From: a virus
IMG/VR virus record: IMGVR_UViG_3300046499_000502
Location: 6,335-70,334 of that record
Reading direction: 5' to 3' (one strand)
Length of the DNA: 64,000 bases
Shown: one piece after another, positions 8,144 to 17,041 of the stretch
How positions within the stretch are numbered: position 1 is the first letter of the stretch
How the letters are laid out: every line of letters begins with the position of its first letter
Program-made: the position numbers and the translations under genes
Notes under the pieces: model-generated
What the model saw: only the letters and a program-made list of their open reading frames with translations
Databases searched by the model: none
What the model was told of the DNA's origin: nothing

Positions 8144-8983
8144 TCATGCGGCGGGGTCGAGGTGCTGCTGGACGATGCGCTGATGCCAGCGGATCGCCCA
8201 GTCCGGGCAGTTGGCGCAGTTCTTGTGCGTGTGGCCGGGCATCGGGTCGGAGCGGCGGGCGTCCATCGACCAGGCCATCGAGTCAGCCGAGACGAGATCG
8301 TCCGCGTAGGCGCCGAGGCCTTGGGTCTTCACGCCGAAGCCGTGCAGGCGCAGACCTTGGCCCGCGAAGTGCTGCACGATCTCCCGGATTTCGTCGGTGG
8401 CCTGGCGGCGGCAGACGGATCCGAGGCCGACGACGGGCTGCGCGGCAAGGTCGACCCCGGCGTCGGCGTACATCTGGGCGCAATGCTGGTAGTCCTCGAG
8501 GCTCTGGCCCTGGAGGACCGGGATGAACGGGAGCTCTGGCGCGAGGCGCTTCAGCTCGAGGTAGTTGTCGACCGTGAACCGCTGGTGGATGCGCACGGCG
8601 GTCGTCAGGTCCTGCTCCGGGTCGAACGGGCCGAGCCCGCGGGCTTCACGGGTGCCGTGGAACGTCATGCCGTTGAGCACGCCGCCGCGGATGACGGCCT
8701 CTTCGCACATCCAGTCCTGCGGGGCGGCCCATTCGAGCTTGCCGATCGCCTCGGCGTACCTGCGGACCTCGGCGACGTAAGCCTCCGGCGTGAGGGTCCA
8801 CCGGCCGTGACGCTGCAGCTCGGTGAACCCACCGGAGTCCAGCGCCCACGGCGACTTGGCGCGGGGGAAGGTTTTGCGGTCCTTGAGACGATTACGGGAG
8901 ATGAACAGCGGTATGTCCGAGGTGGCCAGCCAGTTCGGCATGTGGGTGCCCAGGTAGAACCTGGTGCCCTCCTCGGCGGTCAC
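8144..8983 (-). CDS. Queuine tRNA-ribosyltransferase-like / DpdA-like guanine transglycosylase (DUF7221-like)
   Basis: WALDSGGF, PQDWMCE, PVLQG, VGLGSVC, LHGFG, SADSMAW and HKNCANC motifs of the TGT fold. Confidence 0.8.
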   Translation of the reverse strand: MTAEEGTRFYLGTHMPNWLATSDIPLFISRNRLKDRKTFPRAKSPWALDSGGFTELQRHGRWTLTPEAYVAEVRRYAEAIGKLEWAAPQDWMCEEAVIRGGVLNGMTFHGTREARGLGPFDPEQDLTTAVRIHQRFTVDNYLELKRLAPELPFIPVLQGQSLEDYQHCAQMYADAGVDLAAQPVVGLGSVCRRQATDEIREIVQHFAGQGLRLHGFGVKTQGLGAYADDLVSADSMAWSMDARRSDPMPGHTHKNCANCPDWAIRWHQRIVQQHLDPAA

Positions 8984-9498
8984 GCCGCCACCGCCTGACG
9001 GCGACGGCCGATGACCGCGATCACCGCGACCGCGGCCAGCGTCATCCACGCCTTGCCGAGCAGTTGGCCAGGCAGGAACTCCAGCGAGTGGAACGCCAGC
9101 CACAGGAAGATCAGGCTGTCGGCGGCCAGGCCCACCGCGTTCGAGGCGAGCATCGCCGTCAGCAGGCCCCGGCGGCGCAGCGGCTCGTACACGGCGAAGT
9201 CCATCGCCTCCGACACCGCGAACGCCGCAGCCGAAGCAGCAGCCAGAGCCGGATCGGCCAGCCACCACGACAGGGCAGCGCCCACAACGATCGCCGCCAG
9301 CACCGCGGCACGGCCCGCAGCCTCCCGGGCCAGATCGCGCAGGACCAGAGCGAGACCGACGGTGTACACACCAGCCGGGGCGAGGTAGCCGAAGCCGACC
9401 GGCTGAACGCCGAAGCGGGTCACGAGCCAATTCGCGGCGGGGATGGTGGCGATGTAGGCGGCCAGCAGGGTAGCGGCGGCGAATCGGCGAGTGGTCAT
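8980..9498 (-). CDS. VUT/YhhQ-family queuosine-precursor (preQ0/preQ1) transporter
   Basis: Multi-pass membrane protein: ANW...PAGVY..GLALVLRDL...AS..AF.VSE.MDFAVY...SN.VG...DS.IFL.LAF...GQ..GK. Confidence 0.85.
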   Translation of the reverse strand: MTTRRFAAATLLAAYIATIPAANWLVTRFGVQPVGFGYLAPAGVYTVGLALVLRDLAREAAGRAAVLAAIVVGAALSWWLADPALAAASAAAFAVSEAMDFAVYEPLRRRGLLTAMLASNAVGLAADSLIFLWLAFHSLEFLPGQLLGKAWMTLAAVAVIAVIGRRRQAVAA

Positions 9499-9599
9499 GC
9501 GGTTCCTCCGTGGGCATCTCGGGTGGTGGGGTGGGGTGCGCCGCCGGTTTCGGGCCGGTCGGCGACGTCGGGCGGGGAACAACGCGCGACGGGGGTTAG

Positions 9600-10079
9600 C
9601 TAGGCGGCTACGGCAGCGGGGCAGGGCTCGAGGTCGTAGTCGCCGCCAGGGAGGCGCCGGCAGCTGCACGAGGTCTCCTCGCGGATGTGGGAGCAGACCT
9701 CGACGGTCGGGTCGTCGTCGCCGGCCTCGGTGAAGTACTCGTCGCATTCGCGCTCGAGGCAGTCGATGCCGCCGACCCAGACCTGCACGGGCTGGTGTTC
9801 GGCATCCGGGCTAGGGGCGATGCCGCGGACAGAGCGGGCGTGGTCGCGGCCTTCGCAGCGGTCCCACGGCACCATGTCGCCGGACTCGGCGGAGCATGCC
9901 GGGCAGGCGATCCCGGCGGGTGCGGCAAGGCAGATGACGCCGTCGTCGTAGGGGCGGTGGTTGCACATCCACTCGTCCCACGCGTCGGTGTAGCGCTCCG
10001 GCTCGGGCTCGTGAGGGCAGTGCTCGCTGTCGGCGGACCAGTAGAACTGGGCGGGCTCGTGATCGTGCAGGGCGGTCAT
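9600..10079 (-). CDS. Cys/His-rich acidic hypothetical protein
   Basis: ATG at 10079 with AGGAG RBS; multiple Cys/His clusters. Confidence 0.7.
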   Translation of the reverse strand: MTALHDHEPAQFYWSADSEHCPHEPEPERYTDAWDEWMCNHRPYDDGVICLAAPAGIACPACSAESGDMVPWDRCEGRDHARSVRGIAPSPDAEHQPVQVWVGGIDCLERECDEYFTEAGDDDPTVEVCSHIREETSCSCRRLPGGDYDLEPCPAAVAA

Positions 10080-10114
10080 CGGTGCTCCTTCTCGGGGTTG
10101 GTGGTGCGGGCGGG

Positions 10115-10867
10115 TTAGGCGGCCTCGGTGTCGCCGTCGGGCTGCACGGAGGCGGCTGAAAGCCAGGGGAGGCGGACGAACTCGAAGTGGTTCTCGAAGT
10201 CGCGGTAGAGCGTGGATTCGTTGGCGCCGCCGCAGGCTGGGCAGCGACGCAGGCCCGCTCCCTCGACCCAGGTCGCGCGGGCGCAGCCGGAGCAGCGCGT
10301 CAGCCACGAGTTGTGGCGCCGGGTCGACGTCCAGCGGATGAAGCCGCCGTGGCGCCGTGCGAGCTTGGCTTTGGAGCGGCCGGGCCAGTGGCGGTAGTCG
10401 TCGTGGGTCCACGGGTCGATCGGTGTCGGCGGGTGGCCGACGATGACCATCTCGCCGCCGGGCCAGTCGCACGTGCAGGCGAGGGGGTCGCAGTCGCAGG
10501 CGAGCATCTTGCCGAGCTCGAAGGCCTTCTCGATGCGGGGAATGCCGGGGCCTTTGACCTCGAGCCAGACGCCTATCTCGGTGAGGTGGAAGTCGGGGAG
10601 GTACTTCACGCCGGAGTCGAGCTGGAAGGTCTGGGGCTCGTACTCCCAGGTGATGTGGAGGGAGTCGAGGGTTGCTGCCCAGCAGGCTTCGAGCAGGGAG
10701 CGGAACTGAGTGCCGCGGTAGATCGTCGGGAGGGCTGTGATGCCGGGCTGGCCGTCGGCGTCTTCGTCCGATGTCCGGGCTCCGCGCAGGTTCGCGGTCG
10801 CCTCGCGGTCCTCGCACTCCTGGATGAGGCGCTCGAGGTACGCCTCCCAGTTGTTGTACTCGTTCAC
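10115..10867 (-). CDS. PD-(D/E)XK nuclease with C-terminal Zn ribbon
   Basis: FRSLLEA.WA...WEYEP...YLPDF...WLEVKG; CSGC...CPAC. Confidence 0.8.
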   Translation of the reverse strand: MNEYNNWEAYLERLIQECEDREATANLRGARTSDEDADGQPGITALPTIYRGTQFRSLLEACWAATLDSLHITWEYEPQTFQLDSGVKYLPDFHLTEIGVWLEVKGPGIPRIEKAFELGKMLACDCDPLACTCDWPGGEMVIVGHPPTPIDPWTHDDYRHWPGRSKAKLARRHGGFIRWTSTRRHNSWLTRCSGCARATWVEGAGLRRCPACGGANESTLYRDFENHFEFVRLPWLSAASVQPDGDTEAA

Positions 10868-12186
10868 CAGATCGCTCCTGTCTCGCTGTAGCCGCTGAAC
10901 TGGTCGGCGTCGATGGGCTTGTAGGAGATCCAGGGCCAGCGCTCGCCCTGCTTGATGAAGTTCGGCCAGTCGCGTTCATCGCGGCTGCCGCGCCAGGGGA
11001 CGACGCGACGGCCGCGGGCGCCTTCGACGTTCTGTGCCGACTTCTCGTCCTCGACGGGGCGCAGGCCGAAGCCGAACTCGGGCCAGCGCATCCAGAGGCT
11101 GGAGCCGAGCGGGCGAAGTGAGCGCGGGCCCATGTTGTTGCCATGGGGGGCGTGGGCTTCCATCAGGACGGTGCAGCCAGCGGTGGCGCGGGCTTCGTCG
11201 ATGACGACGGAGACTTTGCGGGCGAGCTCTTCGTCGTTGGGGTTGCCGGCGTGGAGCCGATAGACGGGCCCGATGATCAGCACGTCGGGCTTGATCTTCT
11301 CGACGCGGCGCATGGTCCACGCCCGGTCGGACGGCCTGGTCAGGTCAAGGCCGGAGGGGCGGCATTCGATGTGGAACTGGCCGCGTCGCACCGGTTGCTC
11401 GAGGCTGTCCGCGGCGGCGAGCAGGGGCCGGAACTTGCGGCGGGAGGCCGCCTCGCCGTTCTCGCAGTCGAGGGTGAGCACTCGGACGGGGTCGATCGTC
11501 TTCCAGGTGTCGAACGGATGGATGCCGGCGGCGAGAGTCACGGACAGCTGCCGTAGCAGAGTCGACTTGCCGCCGCCTTCGGATGCGGTGAGGATCAGCC
11601 GGTCTTGCCGCTCGAGCAGGCCGGGCACGACCCAGTCGTAGACGTCCTCCTTCTTGACGAAGTCGAGGATGTCCTCGACGGGAAGATCTTCGGAGGCCAT
11701 GCCGCGGTCGCGGAGTTCACGGGATTCGGCGACGACCCGCTCGATGAGGTTGCTGGTTTCGCCGGTGGTGCTGTAGCCGGCCTGCACGGTGCGGGTGCCG
11801 AGCTCGATGAGCGACCTGCGTAGGCCGCGGTCTTGGACGATCTCGGCGTAGTACTCGCCGTTGGCGGCGGTGGGCACGGCGCGAACGAGCTCGTACAGGT
11901 ATGCGGCGCCTCCGACGCGGAGGAGATCGCCGGTGTCGGCAAGGTATTTGCCGAGGGTGATCTGGTCGACGGACAGGCCTCGCGAGTCCATGTGGAGAAT
12001 CGCGGCGAAGATCACCTGGTGGCGGGCCTGGTAGAAGGCCGCGACTTCGACGGCGTCTCGGATTTCGGCGAGCGCCTTCTTGGAGAGCAGGCAGGCGCCG
12101 AGGGCGCCCTGCTCGGCTTCGAAGTCCTGCGGCGGGACACGCTCGAGCGGGATGTCCGCGAAGTCGGGCTCGAGATCGGTGGTCAC
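10864..12186 (-). CDS. DnaB-like replicative helicase (DnaB N-terminal domain + AAA_25/RecA-type ATPase)
   Basis: PPQDFEAEQGALGA..FYQARHQ.IF N-domain; ASEGGGKST Walker A; GSS motif. Confidence 0.9.
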   Translation of the reverse strand: MTTDLEPDFADIPLERVPPQDFEAEQGALGACLLSKKALAEIRDAVEVAAFYQARHQVIFAAILHMDSRGLSVDQITLGKYLADTGDLLRVGGAAYLYELVRAVPTAANGEYYAEIVQDRGLRRSLIELGTRTVQAGYSTTGETSNLIERVVAESRELRDRGMASEDLPVEDILDFVKKEDVYDWVVPGLLERQDRLILTASEGGGKSTLLRQLSVTLAAGIHPFDTWKTIDPVRVLTLDCENGEAASRRKFRPLLAAADSLEQPVRRGQFHIECRPSGLDLTRPSDRAWTMRRVEKIKPDVLIIGPVYRLHAGNPNDEELARKVSVVIDEARATAGCTVLMEAHAPHGNNMGPRSLRPLGSSLWMRWPEFGFGLRPVEDEKSAQNVEGARGRRVVPWRGSRDERDWPNFIKQGERWPWISYKPIDADQFSGYSETGAIW

Positions 12187-12972
12187 TTAGAAGATCCCCC
12201 TGTCTTCGGGGCTTTGTCCGGCGACGGGCCGGAGGTGGCGAACGGGCTTGGCTGGCTGGCGGGGCGCGCCTTCGGGGACCTCTGGAATGCCGCGCCATCC
12301 GGCGAGGAAGTAGCGGGCAAGTCGCGGCGTGCTGCGGGCGCGGTGCCAGGCCTCGACTGCATCGGCGACGAGAACGTCGACCGGGATGCGCTTGATGATC
12401 GATTCGATCTGCAGCCATTCGTTGGCGGACAGCTCCCAGGAGACGTGGATCCCTGCTTGCTGCATGGCGGAGACGAGCGGCTGACAGTTGACGGCGATGC
12501 GGGGGCCGTCGAGTTTCGGGGCGTCCTGCTTGCTAGCTGAAGAGGTAAAGGAACTCTTGTGGTCAGCTGCTGACCCAACTTGGTTCATCTGCTGACCTAG
12601 CTCTGGGTCAGCTGCTGACCCAGTGTCCGGATTGTCTAGGTCATCGGGTGACCCAGTAGCTAGGTCAGCTGCTGACCCAGCCGGAACGTGCAATTTGTAG
12701 ACATTCCGGGCCTTCTTCCGGACCTGATCTTCCTGGCTGGGCGACGTGAACGTCACCCACTTCTCCTCGTCGAGCGTCTTTCGGTGCGCAAGGAGCGACC
12801 CCTTCGACATGCCCGTCGCGGCCATGAGCGTCGAGAGGGAGGGCTGATAGCGCGCCGGGATAACACCCGTCTCCGAGTTGGCGAACGTAGCGATCGTCAG
12901 CGCCAGCAAGCGCGACAGCGGCGGCAGGCTGCTCGCCTTCACTGCTCGCTCGAACTCGAACCTGCTGGGCAT
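12187..12972 (-). CDS. Phage replication initiator (N-terminal wHTH, internal iterons)
   Basis: PSLSTL...TGMSKGSL...L..L wHTH; GSAAD repeats; directly upstream of the helicase as in lambda O/P layout. Confidence 0.75.
   Translation of the reverse strand: MPSRFEFERAVKASSLPPLSRLLALTIATFANSETGVIPARYQPSLSTLMAATGMSKGSLLAHRKTLDEEKWVTFTSPSQEDQVRKKARNVYKLHVPAGSAADLATGSPDDLDNPDTGSAADPELGQQMNQVGSAADHKSSFTSSASKQDAPKLDGPRIAVNCQPLVSAMQQAGIHVSWELSANEWLQIESIIKRIPVDVLVADAVEAWHRARSTPRLARYFLAGWRGIPEVPEGAPRQPAKPVRHLRPVAGQSPEDRGIF
12561..12677. repeat. Five palindromic iterons GGTCAGC-T-GCTGACC, probable replication origin
   Basis: Perfect copies at 12561, 12606 and 12663; degenerate copies at 12583 and 12639. 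Confidence 0.8.
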
Positions 12973-13060
12973 GGGGACTCTCTTTCGGCGGGGACGCTGA
13001 GGGGTTTTGGGCGCGTGGAACCAGGGCGCTTAGGGCGGTGTGTTCAACCCCTCCCCGCTG

Positions 13061-13075
13061 TAGCTATCATAGCTA
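13061..13075. promoter_or_regulatory. TAGCTA-TCA-TAGCTA probable autoregulatory operator of the antitoxin-like gene
   Basis: Repeat of palindromic hexamer; further AGCTA copies up to about 13128. Confidence 0.5.
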
Positions 13076-13137
13076 AGAAAGGCGTCTGAGCTAAGGAGAC
13101 TAAGATGACCATTGCGGCTATCAGCTACGATCTGCTC

Positions 13138-13422
13138 ATGAGCGAGCGGCCGACCGTCCACCGGAACCAGATCGCCGAGGCACGCAACGTCCTCGGCAAG
13201 GTCATCGCCCGTGCGCGCTTCGCCGGCGAACCGACCGTGCTGGTCAATCGCGGCGAGGAAGCGGCCGTGATCGTGAGCTACGAGGACTACGCCACGCTCC
13301 GCGAACTCCGCGCCTACGTGGAGGAGCTGCAAGACGCCGACGACGTGCACGCAAAGCACAAGGCTCGTGTCCTCACCGAGGCCCTGGCCCTCGCCAAGTT
13401 CCGCGCTCTCGACTCGACCTGA
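13138..13422 (+). CDS. Phd/YefM-family antitoxin-like protein (no cognate toxin adjacent)
   Basis: IAEARNVLGKVI.RA...EPTVLVNRGEEAAVIVSYEDY. Confidence 0.8.
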   Translation: MSERPTVHRNQIAEARNVLGKVIARARFAGEPTVLVNRGEEAAVIVSYEDYATLRELRAYVEELQDADDVHAKHKARVLTEALALAKFRALDST

Positions 13423-13445
13423 CGTCACGTCCCCTCCTTCCTCCC

Positions 13446-13470
13446 GGCCCCGCCATCGGCGGGGCCTTTG
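13446..13470 (+). terminator. Intrinsic terminator
   Basis: GGCCCCGCC-ATC-GGCGGGGCC followed by TTTG. Confidence 0.65.
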
Positions 13471-13481
13471 TCGTGTCCGGG

Positions 13482-14216
13482 CTAGGCGGCGGGCAGTAGT
13501 CCGCCGCGGGCGATCGCCTTCAGGCGCTTGTCGGGGTCTGGTTCGCTGCGGGCGCCCCATTCGCCGGCTGTGATGAACTCGCGGCCGATGTACTTCGTGT
13601 AGGCGGGCGGGATGGCCTCGGTGAGTTCCTCGTGGACGTCGGTCCATGTGATGTCCATGGCGGCCTGCATCTCGGCGACGTTGCCCTTGCCGCCGCCTTT
13701 GCCGTAGGCGGCGATGTACGGTCCGTCGCGGTACACGCCGTGTCGCCAGCCGCGGACCGGACCCCGGTGCCGCTTGTGCTCGGGCTGCCGGGCTGGCGTG
13801 GCTCCGATCCATCCGAGTTCGAACTTGCGGTGCCGGATCACGCCGAGCCCGAACATTTCGCCGCACAGGTTGAGGTCGGCTCGCATGGGGGCGCCGGCCA
13901 CGTTCTCGATGACCCAGTCGACGCCGAACCACAGGCACAGTTCGCGCATCTCGGCGAGGAAGTCGGCGTACTCGCGGCCCCGGTTGGTGCCCTTGGTGAG
14001 GGCGGTGTGGGGCTGGCAGGGCGGGGAGGCGTGGACGAGGTGAAATTCCTGGCACCGTTCCCGCATGACGTCGAGTGCGTTGCCCTGGATGAACGTGAAC
14101 GGGTAGCGGGGGCGGTCCACGATGTCGACGCCGACGACGTCGAAACCAGCCCGCCAGTAGCCCATGCCTGCACCGCCGGCGCAGCAGAACAGGTCGAGGA
14201 CGCGGGGGCGCTTCAT
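13482..14216 (-). CDS. Compact C5-cytosine DNA methyltransferase-like protein
   Basis: LDLFCCAGG (motif I), SPPCQ (IV), IENV (VI), RHR (VIII), EAIPP (X). Confidence 0.85.
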   Translation of the reverse strand: MKRPRVLDLFCCAGGAGMGYWRAGFDVVGVDIVDRPRYPFTFIQGNALDVMRERCQEFHLVHASPPCQPHTALTKGTNRGREYADFLAEMRELCLWFGVDWVIENVAGAPMRADLNLCGEMFGLGVIRHRKFELGWIGATPARQPEHKRHRGPVRGWRHGVYRDGPYIAAYGKGGGKGNVAEMQAAMDITWTDVHEELTEAIPPAYTKYIGREFITAGEWGARSEPDPDKRLKAIARGGLLPAA

Positions 14217-14728
14217 GCCGCGACTCCCTTGGCTCGGGCCCGGTGGACGGTGCGCGGGGTGCAGCGGACGCGCTCGGCGATGACAGCGGCCGAGTAGTCG
14301 CGGCGGTCGAGCTGGGCAATGGCGGCGGCCCGTTCGCGGGGAGTCAGCCGGTCGGGCGGGTCACCGGCTACGGCGCGCTCGATGGCGATTTCGTCCGGCT
14401 GTACGGGCTGGTAGGTGCTGACCCTTTTCCGCGGCTGGCGGGTGCTGGCCTTCCGCGGCCGGTAGGTACTGGCCCTGTTGCGCCCGCGGATCCGAGAGCA
14501 GGCCAGGCAGTAGAGCCAGCCGTTGGGGTAGTGGGCGACGTTGTCGGGGAACGGGTGCCCGTGGCGGCATGCGGGACTGTCGGCGGTGACCCGGTAGCCA
14601 GGCAGGCCGAGGCGCTTCCGGTACCGGCGGACGGTGCCGCGATCGACACCGGTTTCCCGGTGGATGGCGAGGTCGCTGTGTCCGGCGTGCAGGAGCGTTT
14701 CGACCTGCTCGCGCTTCTCCGGGGTCAT
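14213..14728 (-). CDS. HTH - Zn finger - HTH protein
   Basis: HSDLAIHRETGVDRGTVRRYR; CRHGH...CLAC; SAAVIAERVRCTPRTVHR. Confidence 0.75.
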   Translation of the reverse strand: MTPEKREQVETLLHAGHSDLAIHRETGVDRGTVRRYRKRLGLPGYRVTADSPACRHGHPFPDNVAHYPNGWLYCLACSRIRGRNRASTYRPRKASTRQPRKRVSTYQPVQPDEIAIERAVAGDPPDRLTPRERAAAIAQLDRRDYSAAVIAERVRCTPRTVHRARAKGVAA

Positions 14729-15576
14729 GCCGCCACCTCGATCGCGTACTCGGGGTGGTCGCGGAACGCGTGGTCGATGTAGGACTTGTCGACGCCGAGG
14801 CGCTCGGCGGCGGCGGCACGGTCGAGCCCGGCGGTGGACATGACCCAGTGCGCGTCTTGCGCTATGAGTTCCCGGCGGGTGACGCGGTACATCGACTCGA
14901 AGTGGGGGTCGTCGATGGCGCCGGGGTGCTGGTCCCAGTACTTCGGCGGCGCCCACCGGTGTTGCTGGGAGTTGCGGAGGGCTCGGGCGACTCCGAGCTT
15001 GCTGACGCCGTGTTTGCGGGGCTTGTCGTTGCGGAGCCGTTCGTAGGCGTCGATGGTGGCCTGGGCGGTGGTGCCGTAGACCTTCTGGCCGCGGACGAGG
15101 ATGCGGCGCACGTTGTCGGGCTTGATGCCGACGTGCTGGCCGAGTTCCTTGAGCGGCCAGCCGATTGCGGACAGGGCTTGGATGCGGCGACGGGTGCCGG
15201 TGGGGTCGACTCGACCGGGCAGGACCGGCTCGACGGGGATGGCGAGGATCTTCGCCTGGACCTCAGCCGTGGTCTGCCGGATCATCCCGCGGCCCTGCTT
15301 CACGGCCGGCTGCGTGTAGAGGCGGACCGTGTTCCAGTCGATGCCGGTGAGGTCGGAGATCCGCTGGATGGTGGAGCCGGCGGCGTACAGCTTGAGAAGG
15401 TGTTCGCGAACGGGCGTGGCGTCGATGAACGGCTGCCATGTTCCGGCTGCGACAGCGCGGAGCCGGTTCCGCTGCCAGTCGTTGAACCGTTCCCGGCAGT
15501 CGGGGAGACGGCAGCCGTAGTCGGTGTAGCAGGTGAGGTTGCGGTGGTGGGGGGCTTCGCGGACGGCGGTGGTCAT
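14725..15576 (-). CDS. Multi-HTH regulatory protein with N-terminal Cys motif
   Basis: CYTDYGCRLPDC; GTRRRIQAL.AIGW; AAAERLGVDKSYI. Confidence 0.75.
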   Translation of the reverse strand: MTTAVREAPHHRNLTCYTDYGCRLPDCRERFNDWQRNRLRAVAAGTWQPFIDATPVREHLLKLYAAGSTIQRISDLTGIDWNTVRLYTQPAVKQGRGMIRQTTAEVQAKILAIPVEPVLPGRVDPTGTRRRIQALSAIGWPLKELGQHVGIKPDNVRRILVRGQKVYGTTAQATIDAYERLRNDKPRKHGVSKLGVARALRNSQQHRWAPPKYWDQHPGAIDDPHFESMYRVTRRELIAQDAHWVMSTAGLDRAAAAERLGVDKSYIDHAFRDHPEYAIEVAA

Positions 15577-15722
15577 GAGGCTTCCTCCTCTCGGATGTCG
15601 TTGATGGCGTCGGCGACGATCTGGTCGGCGCCGCGCAGGGCCTGGATGCTGCGGCGGATGACCCAGGCGGCGAAGAGGAGGAGGCTGGCGGCGATCGCGG
15701 CGTTGATGGCGTCGGTGTTCAC
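15573..15722 (-). CDS. Small membrane protein
   Basis: One hydrophobic helix; coupled. Confidence 0.55.
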   Translation of the reverse strand: MNTDAINAAIAASLLLFAAWVIRRSIQALRGADQIVADAINDIREEEAS

Positions 15723-15802
15723 GTCCGCCTCCTGATGGCCTGGTAGGCGAGGGCGGCGATGCCCGTCATGAGCGCGAGGCGGGCGAGGAAGAGGGGGATC
15801 AC
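15719..15802 (-). CDS. Very small membrane peptide (27 aa)
   Basis: VIPLFLARLALMTGIAALAYQAIRRRT; coupled on both sides. Confidence 0.45.
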   Translation of the reverse strand: MIPLFLARLALMTGIAALAYQAIRRRT

Positions 15803-16146
15803 GCGGCACCTCCGGCCGTGCCGCAGGCGTTGCAGGTGAACCCGGCAGGCGGGGCATCCATGCAGGCGTGGCACTTGGGCTCGTCGAGAAGCTGCTCGGG
15901 GCGGACGCCGAAGGCGGCAGCCAGGGCGACGAGGTCGTCGACACAGACGGCGACCGGGCTGGTGCCGGGCTCGCGCGTCTTCTCGATGCGGCAGATCGTG
16001 CTGAATCCGACCGGCTTTCCCTCCCCGCCCTTGGTGCGGTCGGCGAGGGTGCGCTGCGACCATCCGCGGGCGGCGCGCATCACTGCGATGTTGCCGCCGA
16101 CGATGCGGGAGACGGGCAGGTCGTCGTAGTTGCGGGGGCGACTCAT
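15799..16146 (-). CDS. XRE-family HTH protein with C-terminal Zn finger
   Basis: RAARGWSQRTLA...STICRIE; CHAC...CNAC. Confidence 0.8.
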   Translation of the reverse strand: MSRPRNYDDLPVSRIVGGNIAVMRAARGWSQRTLADRTKGGEGKPVGFSTICRIEKTREPGTSPVAVCVDDLVALAAAFGVRPEQLLDEPKCHACMDAPPAGFTCNACGTAGGAA

Positions 16147-16556
16147 CAGGCGGCCGCCTTCCGCTGCTCGGCGCGGGCGGCTCGTCGTGCGGCGCGTTCT
16201 TCGCGGCGCCGGGCGGCGACCATCTCCCGCATGGCGGCGGGGACGCCGATCCACACGTGGACGAGGGACTGGTGGGCGCGCTGGCTGCCGCCGAAGCCGT
16301 GGTGGCAGATCAGCCCGGCGTCCTGCAGCCGGGCCGGGAGGCTCCCCCACTGGCTAGCCGGGCGGGGCGGGTCCGGGAGCTGCTTGCGGGCGGCGACGTC
16401 GGCGATCGTGAACGGCTCGCGGGAGTCCGCGGCCTCGACGAACGCGTCCCAGACCTCGGTGACCCAGGCCTCGAAGTCGTCGACTATCCGGCGGGTAGCG
16501 GCGGGGGCCGCGGCGGCGAGCTGGGTGCCGTCGAAGGCGGGGGCGATGTGGGTCAT
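16146..16556 (-). CDS. Hypothetical protein
   Basis: Coupled ORF with typical codon use. Confidence 0.75.
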   Translation of the reverse strand: MTHIAPAFDGTQLAAAAPAATRRIVDDFEAWVTEVWDAFVEAADSREPFTIADVAARKQLPDPPRPASQWGSLPARLQDAGLICHHGFGGSQRAHQSLVHVWIGVPAAMREMVAARRREERAARRAARAEQRKAAA

Positions 16557-16972
16557 GACGCGGTCTCCTCGTCGGCGATCTCGGCGTCCTGGACGGGGAT
16601 GGCGGCCTCGAGCTCGGCGTCCGTCATCAACCAGTGCGGGATGCGGCCGGTGGTGAGTACCGTGCGGATGTCGCGGGCGGCCTGGCTGATCTGCCGGGCG
16701 CGTGCTTTGGCGACGTCACTGACGGCCTTGGCGGCGGTCTCCTCGTACCGCTCGGCGAGCGTGTTGAGCGCCGACAGGGTGGCGGCGGGGTCGTCTCCGC
16801 CGCCGTCCCACTGGTTGGCGACGTGCCGCAGGACGTAGGCGGCGGCGGGCTGGCCCATCCCGTTCGCGACGGCCTCGATCTCGACGCCGCCTTCGGTCTT
16901 GCCGGGTCGGATGATTACGAAGGCGAGGGCGTCGGTGCCGTCGACGGCGGTGATGGTGGTCTTGGATGTCAT
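16553..16972 (-). CDS. Hypothetical protein
   Basis: AAGGAG RBS; coupled. Confidence 0.75.
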   Translation of the reverse strand: MTSKTTITAVDGTDALAFVIIRPGKTEGGVEIEAVANGMGQPAAAYVLRHVANQWDGGGDDPAATLSALNTLAERYEETAAKAVSDVAKARARQISQAARDIRTVLTTGRIPHWLMTDAELEAAIPVQDAEIADEETAS

Positions 16973-17041
16973 GGCGTGGTCTCCTTGGTGTTGCCGGGCC
17001 CCCGCCTGATTTCGGCGGGCGGGAGCCCGGACTCGGGTGGG

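Noticed and set aside
12561-12677. Repeat array as a possible mini-CRISPR
   Set aside because: Repeats are only 15 bp with 7-18 bp gaps, lie inside a coding gene, and no cas genes are present; iterons fit better
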